NCBI GenBank assembly: GCA_017514235.1
Contig: JAFWKK010000001.1
Span: 10,770 to 74,769, forward strand
DNA from: Kiritimatiellia bacterium
Lineage (GTDB): Bacteria > Verrucomicrobiota > Kiritimatiellia > RFP12 > UBA1067
Direction: 5' to 3'
DNA length: 64,000 nt
Shown here: positions 46,338 to 57,111 of the stretch, piece after piece
Position numbering within the stretch: the first letter of the stretch is position 1
Layout of the letters: each line of letters starts with the position of its first letter
The notes under the pieces: generated by a model
Told to the model about the DNA's origin: nothing
Databases searched by the model: none
What the model saw: the letters and a program-made list of their open reading frames with translations, nothing else
Made by a program: the position numbers and the translations under genes

Positions 46338-48098
46338 TCACTTGCGCCTGTCGGCTTGGGTCTCCCGGGGTGCCACGTATTTGAGCGGAGTGCCGCCGAC
46401 CGTCGCCGTCTTGTAGGACTTCGTGCGCGGGTCGTAGTACGGTATTGACAGCTTCGGCGTCATCGGTGCGCCATCGGCGACAAAGAAGCGCCGGTACTCG
46501 ATTTCCTGCACCTGGCCCTCGCGGTTCGCTTGTCGCGACCACTCGAATGCCACGCCGTGCGGAAGGAAGTCAGCCGGCACGTATCCCTTCGGGCGCAGGC
46601 GGTAGGTGATGGTGATGACGTCATTCGTCTCCACCTTCAGAATGTCCGGGAGCTCGAAGACGGCCAGCCCCTCTGAGACGACGCCTGCGAAGTCGGCCGG
46701 CTGGCCCGCCGACGGGAGCGGCAGGATGTTGAGGGTCAGCGGTGCGGTGTCACACCGGAACGAGTTCGAGAACGTGAAGTTCATGCGTCCGCCGCGGCTT
46801 GTCCGCCGTCCGCTGACCATGCCCTCGACCGTGAACGACACCTCTCCGCGGAACGGCACGTCGTAGCGGACCGGCACCGAAAGCCGCTTGACGATGTTGG
46901 TCGGGTTCTTGGACGGAGAGTCGGCAATGTTTTGCGCCGGGCCGGTCACCGTAAGGCCGAACGTCTCGGATGGCGTCATGCGGAGCTGGCCTAAGGACGC
47001 CGAGCTTGGTGCTTCGATGGAAATGATGAATTCGAAAGGCTCGCCGACCCGTACCGTCTTGCGGTCAATCGCGACCGACGCCGTGACCGAGATCGGTTCC
47101 TGCTCCTCCTTCTCTCCGAAGTGGAAGCTGAAGTTGCCGAACGACTGCTGCATCCTTTGATGCATCCGTTGCATCTCCTCCTCCATCTGACGGAAGATGT
47201 CCTGTGCCGGTGATGCAGTCGCCAGCAGGATAGCCGCGACGCACGCCAGCGCCCGGATCCCGCGCCCGACGAGCCAGCCGACCAGTGCGAGCGCAACCAG
47301 TCCGCCGATGACGGTGCCGAGGCGTCCGCGCCAGTCCAGGCGGAGGATCGGGCGCAGCACCTGCCGCCAGACCGGCAGCTCCGCGTGCGGATTGTCGAAT
47401 CGGCGCGCCAGCGCTGCCACGATGCCTCGCTCTATCTCAGGCGTCTGGCCGATGCGCCATTCCAGGCGCGAGTAAATCTTCATGGCCTGCGCCCAGTTGC
47501 CGTCTAAGATCGCGCAGCGTGCCTCGTTCATCTTCGCTTCCGGAAAATCGAACGCGGCGAAGGCTTTCGCCGAGGGGGTCGCGCACGCCTTCCGCCATGC
47601 GAAGCGCATGTCGTCGGTCAGCTCGCACGAGGCGACGTCGGTCGCCAGCGCAGGCGGTTCCGGCAGGCCGTCGGACTGCTCGTCCATTCCTTCGACGACG
47701 ATCTGCGTTCCGTTGCGGGCATGGACGGGAATCTCGTTCGAGCGCACCAGCCGGCGTGCGCCGCTTGCGTCGGAATAGGCGAATTCCAGGGAAGGGAACC
47801 AGATCACGCCTTCGCGCAGGGGGCGGACGCGGTACGTGAGGCGGCGTGCGTCGCGGAACGTGTCGGTCTTCGCGCTTGCGTCGTCGAGGCGCCACGTGCG
47901 GCGGTCGGCGTAACGCGCCAGCGCCGGCGGGTGGAGCGACCGGAAGTCGGCCTCGCCGAGAAAGTCTATGGTGAGAGTCATCGGGTCGCCGACCTTCACG
48001 TTGTTTGCGTCGAAGAACGCACGCGCACGCAGGCCGGTCCCGGTCACCCCAGAAAGCTCAATAGCGCACAGCAGCGCACCGAATAGGCTCGTAATCAT
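46338..48098 (-). CDS. BatD-like exported/membrane protein with two beta-sandwich modules around a helical and TM region
   Basis: Signal peptide; VKVGDPMTLTI and VRVGEPFEFIISI modules; PLPSAGQPADFAGVV and IPYYDPRTKSYKT resemble BatD. Confidence 0.6.
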   Translation of the reverse strand: MITSLFGALLCAIELSGVTGTGLRARAFFDANNVKVGDPMTLTIDFLGEADFRSLHPPALARYADRRTWRLDDASAKTDTFRDARRLTYRVRPLREGVIWFPSLEFAYSDASGARRLVRSNEIPVHARNGTQIVVEGMDEQSDGLPEPPALATDVASCELTDDMRFAWRKACATPSAKAFAAFDFPEAKMNEARCAILDGNWAQAMKIYSRLEWRIGQTPEIERGIVAALARRFDNPHAELPVWRQVLRPILRLDWRGRLGTVIGGLVALALVGWLVGRGIRALACVAAILLATASPAQDIFRQMEEEMQRMHQRMQQSFGNFSFHFGEKEEQEPISVTASVAIDRKTVRVGEPFEFIISIEAPSSASLGQLRMTPSETFGLTVTGPAQNIADSPSKNPTNIVKRLSVPVRYDVPFRGEVSFTVEGMVSGRRTSRGGRMNFTFSNSFRCDTAPLTLNILPLPSAGQPADFAGVVSEGLAVFELPDILKVETNDVITITYRLRPKGYVPADFLPHGVAFEWSRQANREGQVQEIEYRRFFVADGAPMTPKLSIPYYDPRTKSYKTATVGGTPLKYVAPRETQADRRK

Positions 48099-48212
48099 GT
48101 TGTCGGCATATTATACCATAAACTTAACCGTGGCATTGATTTGATTGTCCCCGCACGAAGCGAAATTGTGGTATAATAAAAGGCAACCCCAGAAGGGAGA
48201 CGACATTGAACC

Positions 48213-49493
48213 ATGATTGACATCAAGAAGCTTAGGGAAGAATTCGACGCCACGGCTGCGGCGCTTGCGCGTAGGGGCGTTGAGCTGGAGCGGCTGGAAA
48301 GGGCCCGCGACCTGGACGCGCGCAGGCGCGCCCTGGTCGGCGAGACGGAGTCTCTGAAGGCCAAGCGAAACGCCGCATCGAAGGAGATCGGGAAGATTGC
48401 GAAGGAAGGCGGCGACATTGCGGCGGCCAAGGCCGAGATGCGTGCCGTCGGCGACCGCATCGCCGAGATCGACGGGGAACTGGCTCAGGTCGAGAACGAC
48501 CTGCGCCAGGCGCTGCTCATGATTCCGAACATACCGGCGCCGGAGATTCCGACCGGGCAGGACTCGTCGGCCAATGTCGTAGTGCGCAAGGTCGGCGAGT
48601 GGAAGGATCCCGACTTCAAGGTGCTCGACCACATGACCGTCGGCGAAAAGCTCGGAATCTTCGACTTCCCGCGCGGCGTCAAGCTGACGGGTACGGGCTT
48701 CCCGATCATCCTCGGGCAGGGCGCGAAGCTTCAGCGCGCTCTCATCCAGTACATGCTCGACCTCCATTGCCGCAAGCAGGGCTACACCGAAATGCTGCCG
48801 CCGTTCGTGGTGAACAGCGACTCGATGACGGGAACCGGACAGCTGCCGAAGTTTGCGGAGGACTTGTACCACTGCCAGATCGACGATTTCTGGCTCATAC
48901 CTACGGCCGAGGTTCCGGTTACCAACTATTACCGCGACGACATACTCGACGGCAAGGACCTGCCGATAAAGCTGACGGCTTACACGCCGTGCTTCCGCCG
49001 TGAGGCCGGCTCGGCCGGCAAGATGACGCGCGGCATGTTGCGCGTCCACCAGTTCGACAAGGTGGAGATGGTGAACTTCGTCCACCCCGACACGAGCTTC
49101 GAGCAGCTGGAGACGCTGGTGAAGGAGGCCGAGGAAGTGCTTACGGGCTTGGGTCTCCATTTCCGGGTGCTGATGCTCTCCTCCGGCGACATGGGCTTCT
49201 CTGCGGCGAAGTGCTACGACCTTGAGCTCTGGGCTCCGGGCGAGGGGCAGTGGCTGGAGGTCAGCTCGTGCAGCTGCTTCACCGACTACCAGGCGCGGCG
49301 GCTCAACTGCCGCTTCCGCGACGCCGACGGCAAGACGCGGCTCGTCCACACGCTGAACGGTTCGGGCGTCGCGCTGCCGCGGCTCATGGTCGCGCTCCTG
49401 GAGCAACACCAGAACGCCGACGGGTCCGTGACGATTCCTGAAGTGCTGCGCCCGTACATGAACGGACTGGAGCGGCTGGAGCCGGTGAAGTGA
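48213..49493 (+). CDS. serS: Serine--tRNA ligase
   Basis: MIDIKKLR, GTGQLPKF, LIPTAEVP, CFRREAGS, RVHQFDKVE, EVSSCS, HTLNGSG.A..R. Confidence 0.98.
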   Translation: MIDIKKLREEFDATAAALARRGVELERLERARDLDARRRALVGETESLKAKRNAASKEIGKIAKEGGDIAAAKAEMRAVGDRIAEIDGELAQVENDLRQALLMIPNIPAPEIPTGQDSSANVVVRKVGEWKDPDFKVLDHMTVGEKLGIFDFPRGVKLTGTGFPIILGQGAKLQRALIQYMLDLHCRKQGYTEMLPPFVVNSDSMTGTGQLPKFAEDLYHCQIDDFWLIPTAEVPVTNYYRDDILDGKDLPIKLTAYTPCFRREAGSAGKMTRGMLRVHQFDKVEMVNFVHPDTSFEQLETLVKEAEEVLTGLGLHFRVLMLSSGDMGFSAAKCYDLELWAPGEGQWLEVSSCSCFTDYQARRLNCRFRDADGKTRLVHTLNGSGVALPRLMVALLEQHQNADGSVTIPEVLRPYMNGLERLEPVK

Positions 49494-49534
49494 CGGTTCC
49501 GGGGGTTGGACGGCATCATTAAGGGAGAAGGCGC

Positions 49535-50622
49535 ATGGAAATTCGCATGGACGAGCTGCTGCAGGCCACCATCGACGAGGGCGGCAGCGATTTGCACATC
49601 CGGGCGCTGATGCCGCCGAAGCTGCGTGTGCACGGCGAGCTTCTGCCGCTTTCTGACGAATCTCTTTCCGAGGCGGACGCCGCCGCGCTGGTGCGCGAGA
49701 TATCCAGCCCCGAGCAGATGGCCGAGATTGAGCGCAACGGAGGCGCCGACTTCGCGCTGGCCCATCCCGACGGAACACGCTTCCGTGTGTCGGTCTTCAA
49801 GGAGCGCAGGCGCTACGGCGCGGTTCTTCGCCAGATCCCCAACAAGCTCATGTCCATGGAGCAGCTGGGGCTGCCGCCGGTCGTGAGGGAGATACTCTTC
49901 AGGCCGCGCGGGCTCATCCTCGTGACCGGCCCTACGGGCTCCGGCAAGTCGACGACGCTTGCGTCGATGATCGACGTCATCAACAGGGAGCGCAACGTCC
50001 ACATCGTGACGATCGAGGATCCGATAGAGTTCTACCACACCTCGAAGAACTCGCTCGTCACGCAGCGCGAGATCGGCGACGACGTGCCGAGCTTTGCGGA
50101 GGCGATCAGGCGCGCCCTCCGCCAGGACCCGGACGTCATACTCGTCGGCGAAATGCGCGACCTCGAGACGATCGCCGCGGCGATCACGGCTGCCGAGACG
50201 GGCCACCTCGTTTTCGGCACGCTGCACACGACTGGCGCCGCCGAGACGATCGACCGCATCGTCGACGCGTTCCCGATGAACCAGCAGGCGCAGATCCGCA
50301 CGCAGCTGGCGGCGGGCCTCCAGGCGGTCATATCGCAGATACTTCTGCCGCGCCGCGGGCAGGACGGCAAGGTGCGCGGGCGCGTCGCGGCGTTCGAGAT
50401 CATGACTACGACGGACGCGATCCGCTCGCGCATACGCGACAACAAGACTAACATGATCAAGAGCGACATGCAGACCGGCGCGAAGTTCGGCATGACCACG
50501 CTCGACGCATCGCTTACAACACTCTTCAAGCAGGGGCTCATCACATACCAGGAGCTCATCACAAAGTCGCAGGACCCCGATTCCATCGTCATGAAACTAA
50601 GGAAGGAAGGCTACGGAAGCTG

Positions 50623-50623
<1 letters not shown>
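49535..50623 (+). CDS. pilT: Type IV pilus retraction ATPase
   Basis: GSDLH, GPTGSGKSTT, TIEDPIEF, QREIG, ALRQDPDVILVGEMRD, AETGHLVFGTLHT, AIRSRIRD (AIRNLIRE motif). Confidence 0.93.
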
Positions 50624-52314
<1,691 letters not shown>

Positions 52315-52329
52315 AGCGGCGTGGGGCTG

Positions 52330-52359
52330 TTGCGCATCGGGGCTTATTTTTGGTATACT
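52330..52359 (+). promoter_or_regulatory. Sigma70 promoter of rplM-rpsI
   Basis: TTGCGC, 18 nt, TATACT (preceded by TGG); the same hexamers as the S10 promoter. Confidence 0.7.
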
Positions 52360-52463
52360 ATACAAAATACGTCATCGGGGGCAAACCGGTGGCCTAGGAA
52401 ACAACTGCGGACAAAACCCCGGACAAAGGGCACAAATCCGCGACAAGGAAAGAAGAAAAGAAG

Positions 52464-52895
52464 ATGCAGAAGAGCTACCGTGCTCCGAATCCGGGCGACA
52501 GCCGCCCGTGGTTCCTCATCGACGCGAAGGGCCGTCCGCTCGGGCGCCTCGCAGTCGTAATCGCAAACAAACTCCGTGCGAAGGACCTGCCTACGTTTGA
52601 TCCTTCGGTCGACGCCGGCGCGTTCGTGATCGTCACGAACGCCGCACTGGTCAGGCTCACGGGCAAGAAGGAGGAGCAGAAGGACTACCAGCGCTATTCC
52701 GGCTACCGGAACGGTCTGAAGCACTTCACCGCCGCCGAGATGCGCGCGTCCCATCCGGACCGCATGATCAAGGAGGCTGTGTGGGGCATGCTCCCGAAGA
52801 ACAACATCGCGCGCAAGATGATGACCAGGCTCAAGGTCTTTGCAGGCGAGTCCCATGTCCATGCGGCGCAGAAGCCGGTCGAAATCAAGCTCTAA
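52464..52895 (+). CDS. rplM: 50S ribosomal protein L13
   Basis: WFLIDA.G..LGRLA, YSGYRNGLK, AVWGMLPKN, H.AQKP. Confidence 0.97.
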   Translation: MQKSYRAPNPGDSRPWFLIDAKGRPLGRLAVVIANKLRAKDLPTFDPSVDAGAFVIVTNAALVRLTGKKEEQKDYQRYSGYRNGLKHFTAAEMRASHPDRMIKEAVWGMLPKNNIARKMMTRLKVFAGESHVHAAQKPVEIKL

Positions 52896-52910
52896 GGGAG
52901 GACTAGGAAA

Positions 52911-53312
52911 ATGGCTATCAAGAAGGCTATCTCCGCAGGCACCGGCCGCCGCAAGACGGCGACTGCGCGCGTGACCCTCGTCGAAGGCAGCGGCAAGTGG
53001 ACGGTCAATGGCGTCGCGCTGGAGGCGTACCTGCCCTCCGAGGCGCTTCGCGATTACCTGAAGCAGCCAGTTGCCATCTCCGGCTACGACATGGAGAAGG
53101 TCGACGTGGTCGTTTCCGCAAAGGGCGGCGGCATCGCCGGCCAGGCTGGTGCGATCCGCCACGGCCTGGCCCGTGCGCTTGTCGCGGCCGACGAGACGAC
53201 GCGCGCGTCCCTGAAGAAGGCCGGCTGCATGACTCGCGACAGCCGCATGAAGGAGCGCAAGAAGCCCGGCCAGCCCGGAGCCCGCAAGCGCTTCCAGTTC
53301 TCGAAGCGTTGA
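52911..53312 (+). CDS. rpsI: 30S ribosomal protein S9
   Basis: GTGRRKTATARV, GGGIAGQAGAIRHGLARAL, TRDSRMKERKK, QFSKR. Confidence 0.98.
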   Translation: MAIKKAISAGTGRRKTATARVTLVEGSGKWTVNGVALEAYLPSEALRDYLKQPVAISGYDMEKVDVVVSAKGGGIAGQAGAIRHGLARALVAADETTRASLKKAGCMTRDSRMKERKKPGQPGARKRFQFSKR

Positions 53313-53331
53313 TACTCTCGTGGAGATGCGT

Positions 53332-53359
53332 GGAACGGCGGCGTCATCGCCGCCGTTCC
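53332..53359. other. Perfect 12-bp hairpin between rpsI and the helicase gene (no U-tract)
   Basis: GGAACGGCGGCG-TCAT-CGCCGCCGTTCC. Confidence 0.7.
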
Positions 53360-53394
53360 CGTTCTCACGTCATCATGGCATTTTCGGTTCAGAC

Positions 53395-55332
53395 ATGGCT
53401 TTTGGATTTCTGAAGAAGATAGCCGCCGTGATATCCGGCAAGAAGCAGCCGTCGCAGGAGCAGGGCGGCGGCAAGCAGCCTCACAAACGGGGCGGGCGCG
53501 GCGGCAGCAAGAAGAAGGGCGGTCAGGCGCAGGACGCGCAGCACGGTGGCGGTTCGCAGCAGCGTGGTCAGCAACAGCAGCCCAAGCGCGGCGGCGGCCA
53601 GCAGCGGCAGCAACCGCAGCAACAGCAACGGAAGAGAGGCGGAGAGGGTGCCCGTCCCTCCGGCGACGACGGCAATAGGGGGCGCGACCGCGGTCGCGGC
53701 GGGCGTCGCGGCGACAGGGGGCGTCGCGGTCCGGCGCCGGTCAACACGGCGGACAATCAGGTCCGTCCGGGCGGCGAGGTCTCACAGGCGGAGATGGAGG
53801 CGCGTCGCAAGGCGCATGCCGCCTGGTCCTTGGAAAGCTTTCAGGTGGAGCCCGTTGAGGGCAAGAAGCGCTTTCAGGACTTCGGACTGCCGTCAGAGGT
53901 TATGCACGGCATCGCCGACCTTGGCTTCAGGTATTGCACCGAGATACAGGCGCTTTCGCTCGAGCAGGCGTTGGCGGGCAAGAACATCGCGGGCAAGGCT
54001 CAGACGGGCTCTGGCAAGACTGCGGCGTTTCTGGTAGCGATCCTCACCCGCTACCTGCGCACTCCGGAGAGCCGCGCAAAGGCCGGCGGATGTCCGCGTG
54101 CGCTGGTGATTGCGCCGACTCGCGAACTGGTGATTCAGATCTGCAACGATGCCGATGCGATCGGCAAATACTGCAGCCTCCGTTCGCTGGCCATCTACGG
54201 CGGCATGGACTACGACCGCCAGAAGCGCGAGGTCATGTCCGCCCCGGTGGACCTGCTCGTTGCTACGCCAGGCCGTCTCCTTGACTACGTGAAGAGCCGC
54301 GTCATCGACCTGTCGAAGGTCGATACGCTTGTCATTGACGAGGCCGACCGCATGCTCGACATGGGCTTCATTCCCGACGTGCGCAGGATCATGAGCCGCC
54401 TGCCGCCCAAGGAGAAGCGCACCACGATGCTCTATTCGGCAACGCTTGACGACACGGTCATGCGCCTTGCGATGAACTGGATGGAGAAGCCCTACAAGGC
54501 TGAGGTCGAAAGCGAGACGAACGCGACCGACACCGTAAAACAGGTCGTATACGTGATTCGCGCCGACGACAAGTTCAAGGTCCTGTTCAACCACATCGCG
54601 CTTCATCCTGACGCCAGTACGCTCGTGTTCTGCAACCGCAAGTCGACCACCGAGGACGTCTACGAGTCGCTGAAGGTGCGTGGGGTGTCCGTCGAGATGC
54701 TTTCTGGCGACGTCAACCAAAACAAGCGCCTGAAAGTGCTGGACCAGTTCCGGGACGGTGAGGTGAAGGTCGTGGTGGCGACGGACGTCGCGGGGCGTGG
54801 CATTGACATCAAGGGCCTTGCCTATGTCGTCAACTTCGACTTCCCCTACGAGGCCGAAGACTACGTGCACCGCATTGGCCGCACCGGCCGCGCAGGCTCC
54901 ACTGGGGTGGCTATCTCGTTCGCCGACGAGTTCGAAAGCTGCCAGATTCCCGAGATAGAGAAGTACATCAACGAGCAGCTAAAGTGCACGGTGATTGCGC
55001 CGGACGACCCTCTTTTGCGCGATCTGCCCGCCAGGGGCTCCAGGCTTGGCGCAGTGGATGCGGCGGCCAAGGCCGAGGTGGACGCCCGTGAGGCCGTCGG
55101 CGAGGAGGAAATCGCCGCCGCCGCCGCCGTTACCGGCATCGCCGAAGGACAAGCGAACGCCGTGACGGGGGATGGTTCGCCAGCCCGTCTGCGCGTGGAC
55201 GATACGCCTCCGCGACCCGTCCCCAGCTTCGAGCATGCCCTTGAGCCGAAGCCTCCGGCTCCAGACGAGTCAGACGTTTACTCCAAGCCTGTCGAGCAAA
55301 AGACGAAATTGGAGGAGTTTACAATTTCGTAA
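53395..55332 (+). CDS. rhlB: DEAD-box RNA helicase, RhlB-like, with disordered N- and C-terminal extensions
   Basis: Q motif, AQTGSGKT, PTREL, TPGRL, DEAD, SAT, VATDVAGRGID, YVHRIGRTGRAG; Gly/Gln/Arg-rich N-terminus. Confidence 0.82.
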   Translation: MAFGFLKKIAAVISGKKQPSQEQGGGKQPHKRGGRGGSKKKGGQAQDAQHGGGSQQRGQQQQPKRGGGQQRQQPQQQQRKRGGEGARPSGDDGNRGRDRGRGGRRGDRGRRGPAPVNTADNQVRPGGEVSQAEMEARRKAHAAWSLESFQVEPVEGKKRFQDFGLPSEVMHGIADLGFRYCTEIQALSLEQALAGKNIAGKAQTGSGKTAAFLVAILTRYLRTPESRAKAGGCPRALVIAPTRELVIQICNDADAIGKYCSLRSLAIYGGMDYDRQKREVMSAPVDLLVATPGRLLDYVKSRVIDLSKVDTLVIDEADRMLDMGFIPDVRRIMSRLPPKEKRTTMLYSATLDDTVMRLAMNWMEKPYKAEVESETNATDTVKQVVYVIRADDKFKVLFNHIALHPDASTLVFCNRKSTTEDVYESLKVRGVSVEMLSGDVNQNKRLKVLDQFRDGEVKVVVATDVAGRGIDIKGLAYVVNFDFPYEAEDYVHRIGRTGRAGSTGVAISFADEFESCQIPEIEKYINEQLKCTVIAPDDPLLRDLPARGSRLGAVDAAAKAEVDAREAVGEEEIAAAAAVTGIAEGQANAVTGDGSPARLRVDDTPPRPVPSFEHALEPKPPAPDESDVYSKPVEQKTKLEEFTIS

Positions 55333-55407
55333 CTCGTTCCCTGGCAAGGTTACATCAAGTGTAATTATCTGGCGGGCTGACGTGCGGAAATGCGCAGGTC
55401 AGCCCGT

Positions 55408-55424
55408 TTGGCATGGTTTTTGCT
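55408..55424 (+). promoter_or_regulatory. Sigma54 (-24/-12) promoter upstream of gdhA
   Basis: TTGGCATGGTTTTTGCT: GG 55410-55411, 10 nt, GC 55422-55423; near-consensus. Confidence 0.75.
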
Positions 55425-55491
55425 ATATCTTTTTAAAATGCATTGCGGCAAGTTGCGGTGCATTGGTTTCAAAAAGAAAGGCATACGGAAA

Positions 55492-56865
55492 ATGAACAAG
55501 TACATAAAGAGGGTAATCGAAGACGTCCGTGCGAAGAACGCCGACCAGTCCGAGTTTCTTCAGGCGGTGGAGGAGGTTTTGACGACGCTTGCGCCTGTGT
55601 TGGACAGGAATCCGCAGTACGAGGAGAACGCGATTCTCGAGCGACTTGTGCTCCCGGAGCGCACGATCATCTTCCGCGTGCCGTGGGTGGACGATGCGGG
55701 CAAGGTCCGCGTGAACCGCGGCTACCGCATTCAGTTCAACTCTGCAATCGGCCCTTACAAGGGCGGCCTGAGGTTCGACCCGTCGGTCAACCTTTCGGTG
55801 CTGAAGTTCCTTGCGTTCGAGCAGGTGTTCAAGAATTCGCTCACCACGCTTCCTATGGGCGGTGGCAAGGGCGGCTCCGACTTCAACCCTAAGCAGAGTC
55901 CGCACACGCCCGGCAAGCGTTGCAGCGATGCGGAGGTGATGCGCTTCTGCCAGAGCTTCATGACAGCGCTCTACCATTACATCGGTCCGGACACTGACGT
56001 GCCGGCCGGCGACATGAACGTCGGCGGGCGCGAGATCGGCTATCTCTTCGGCCAGTACAAACGCCTTGCAAACGAATGGACGGGCGTGCTGACTGGCAAG
56101 GGCCTTTCATTCGGCGGCTCTCTGATCCGTCCTGAGGCAACCGGCTATGGCGACGTTTATTTCGCCGAGAACATGCTCGCCAAGCGCGGCGAGGCGCTCG
56201 ATGGCAAGAGGTGCGTCGTGTCCGGATCGGGCAACGTCGCGTCCTTCGCGGCCGAGAAGCTGATCCAGCTTGGCGCAACGGTGCTTACGCTCTCCGACCG
56301 CTCCGGTGCGATCTACGCGAAGGACGGCATTTCTGCTGACATGCTGAAGGACATCATGTACCTCAAGAACGTGCAGCGCGGCGAGTTCGCCGACTTCGCG
56401 AAGAAGACGAAGGGCGTGACGTTCTTCAAGGGCGCGAACAGCTGGCAGCTGGCCGACAAGGTCGACTGTGCCTTCCCGTGCGCGCGCCAGAACGAGCTGA
56501 ACGGCAAGGACGCCGCATATCTCGTCAAGCACGGTTGCACGCTCGTTGGCGAGGGCGCCAACATGCCGTCCACGCCCGAGGCCGTCGAGACGTTCCTGAA
56601 AGCGAAGGTCATGTTCTCGCCCGGCAAGGCGTCCAACGCCGGCGGCGTGGCTACGTCGGGCCTTGAGATGTCGCAGAACTCCGAACGCGTCAGTTGGACG
56701 CGTGACGAGGTCGATGCGAAGCTCAAGAACATCATGAAGGCCATTCATGACAACGCCTGGGAAGCTGCGGCAAAATACGGCAAGAAGGGCAACTACGTCG
56801 TCGGCGCGAACATCGCGGGCTTCACGAAGGTGGCTGACGCGATGGTCGCCCAGGGCATCGTCTGA
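55492..56865 (+). CDS. gdhA: NADP-specific glutamate dehydrogenase
   Basis: EFLQAVEEV, FNSAIGPYKGGLRF, KNSLTTLPMGGGKGGSDF, DVPAGD, RPEATGYG, SGSGNVA, EGANMP, GANIAGF.KVADAM. Confidence 0.97.
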   Translation: MNKYIKRVIEDVRAKNADQSEFLQAVEEVLTTLAPVLDRNPQYEENAILERLVLPERTIIFRVPWVDDAGKVRVNRGYRIQFNSAIGPYKGGLRFDPSVNLSVLKFLAFEQVFKNSLTTLPMGGGKGGSDFNPKQSPHTPGKRCSDAEVMRFCQSFMTALYHYIGPDTDVPAGDMNVGGREIGYLFGQYKRLANEWTGVLTGKGLSFGGSLIRPEATGYGDVYFAENMLAKRGEALDGKRCVVSGSGNVASFAAEKLIQLGATVLTLSDRSGAIYAKDGISADMLKDIMYLKNVQRGEFADFAKKTKGVTFFKGANSWQLADKVDCAFPCARQNELNGKDAAYLVKHGCTLVGEGANMPSTPEAVETFLKAKVMFSPGKASNAGGVATSGLEMSQNSERVSWTRDEVDAKLKNIMKAIHDNAWEAAAKYGKKGNYVVGANIAGFTKVADAMVAQGIV

Positions 56866-56883
56866 CGAATCGTCCGGCCGGTC

Positions 56884-56945
56884 ATGCGTCCGCGCTGCGT
56901 CCCTGTCCGATACTTGCAGGAACCGGTGCGGACGCATGCTGTTTG
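56884..56945 (+). terminator. Long hairpin downstream of gdhA, possible terminator
   Basis: CATGCGTCCGC...GCGGACGCATG inverted repeat followed by a weak U-tract (CTGTTT). Confidence 0.5.
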
Positions 56946-56986
56946 CGGTACTGGATCGGCGAAGCGCCTACTGCGCGGCATTGAAA

Positions 56987-57013
56987 TCTACACGCTCTAC
57001 ACGTTCTGCACGG
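56987..57013. repeat. Three-copy 9-nt tandem repeat
   Basis: TCTACACGC TCTACACGT TCTGCACGG. Confidence 0.65.
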
Positions 57014-57111
57014 CCAATCCCCGCCCGTTGTCTTTGCATGAAAATCCATTGCGCCCAGCGCTAAAGTAAAGTATAATGCGCATCAACCAAAAAGACTCAT
57101 TAAGGAGAAAA

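Noticed and set aside
55880-55925. Short insertion in GdhA (KQSPHTPGKRC) and a similar one in malic enzyme ([11 protein letters not shown])
   Set aside because: No repeat or palindrome at DNA level; probably ordinary loop variation.
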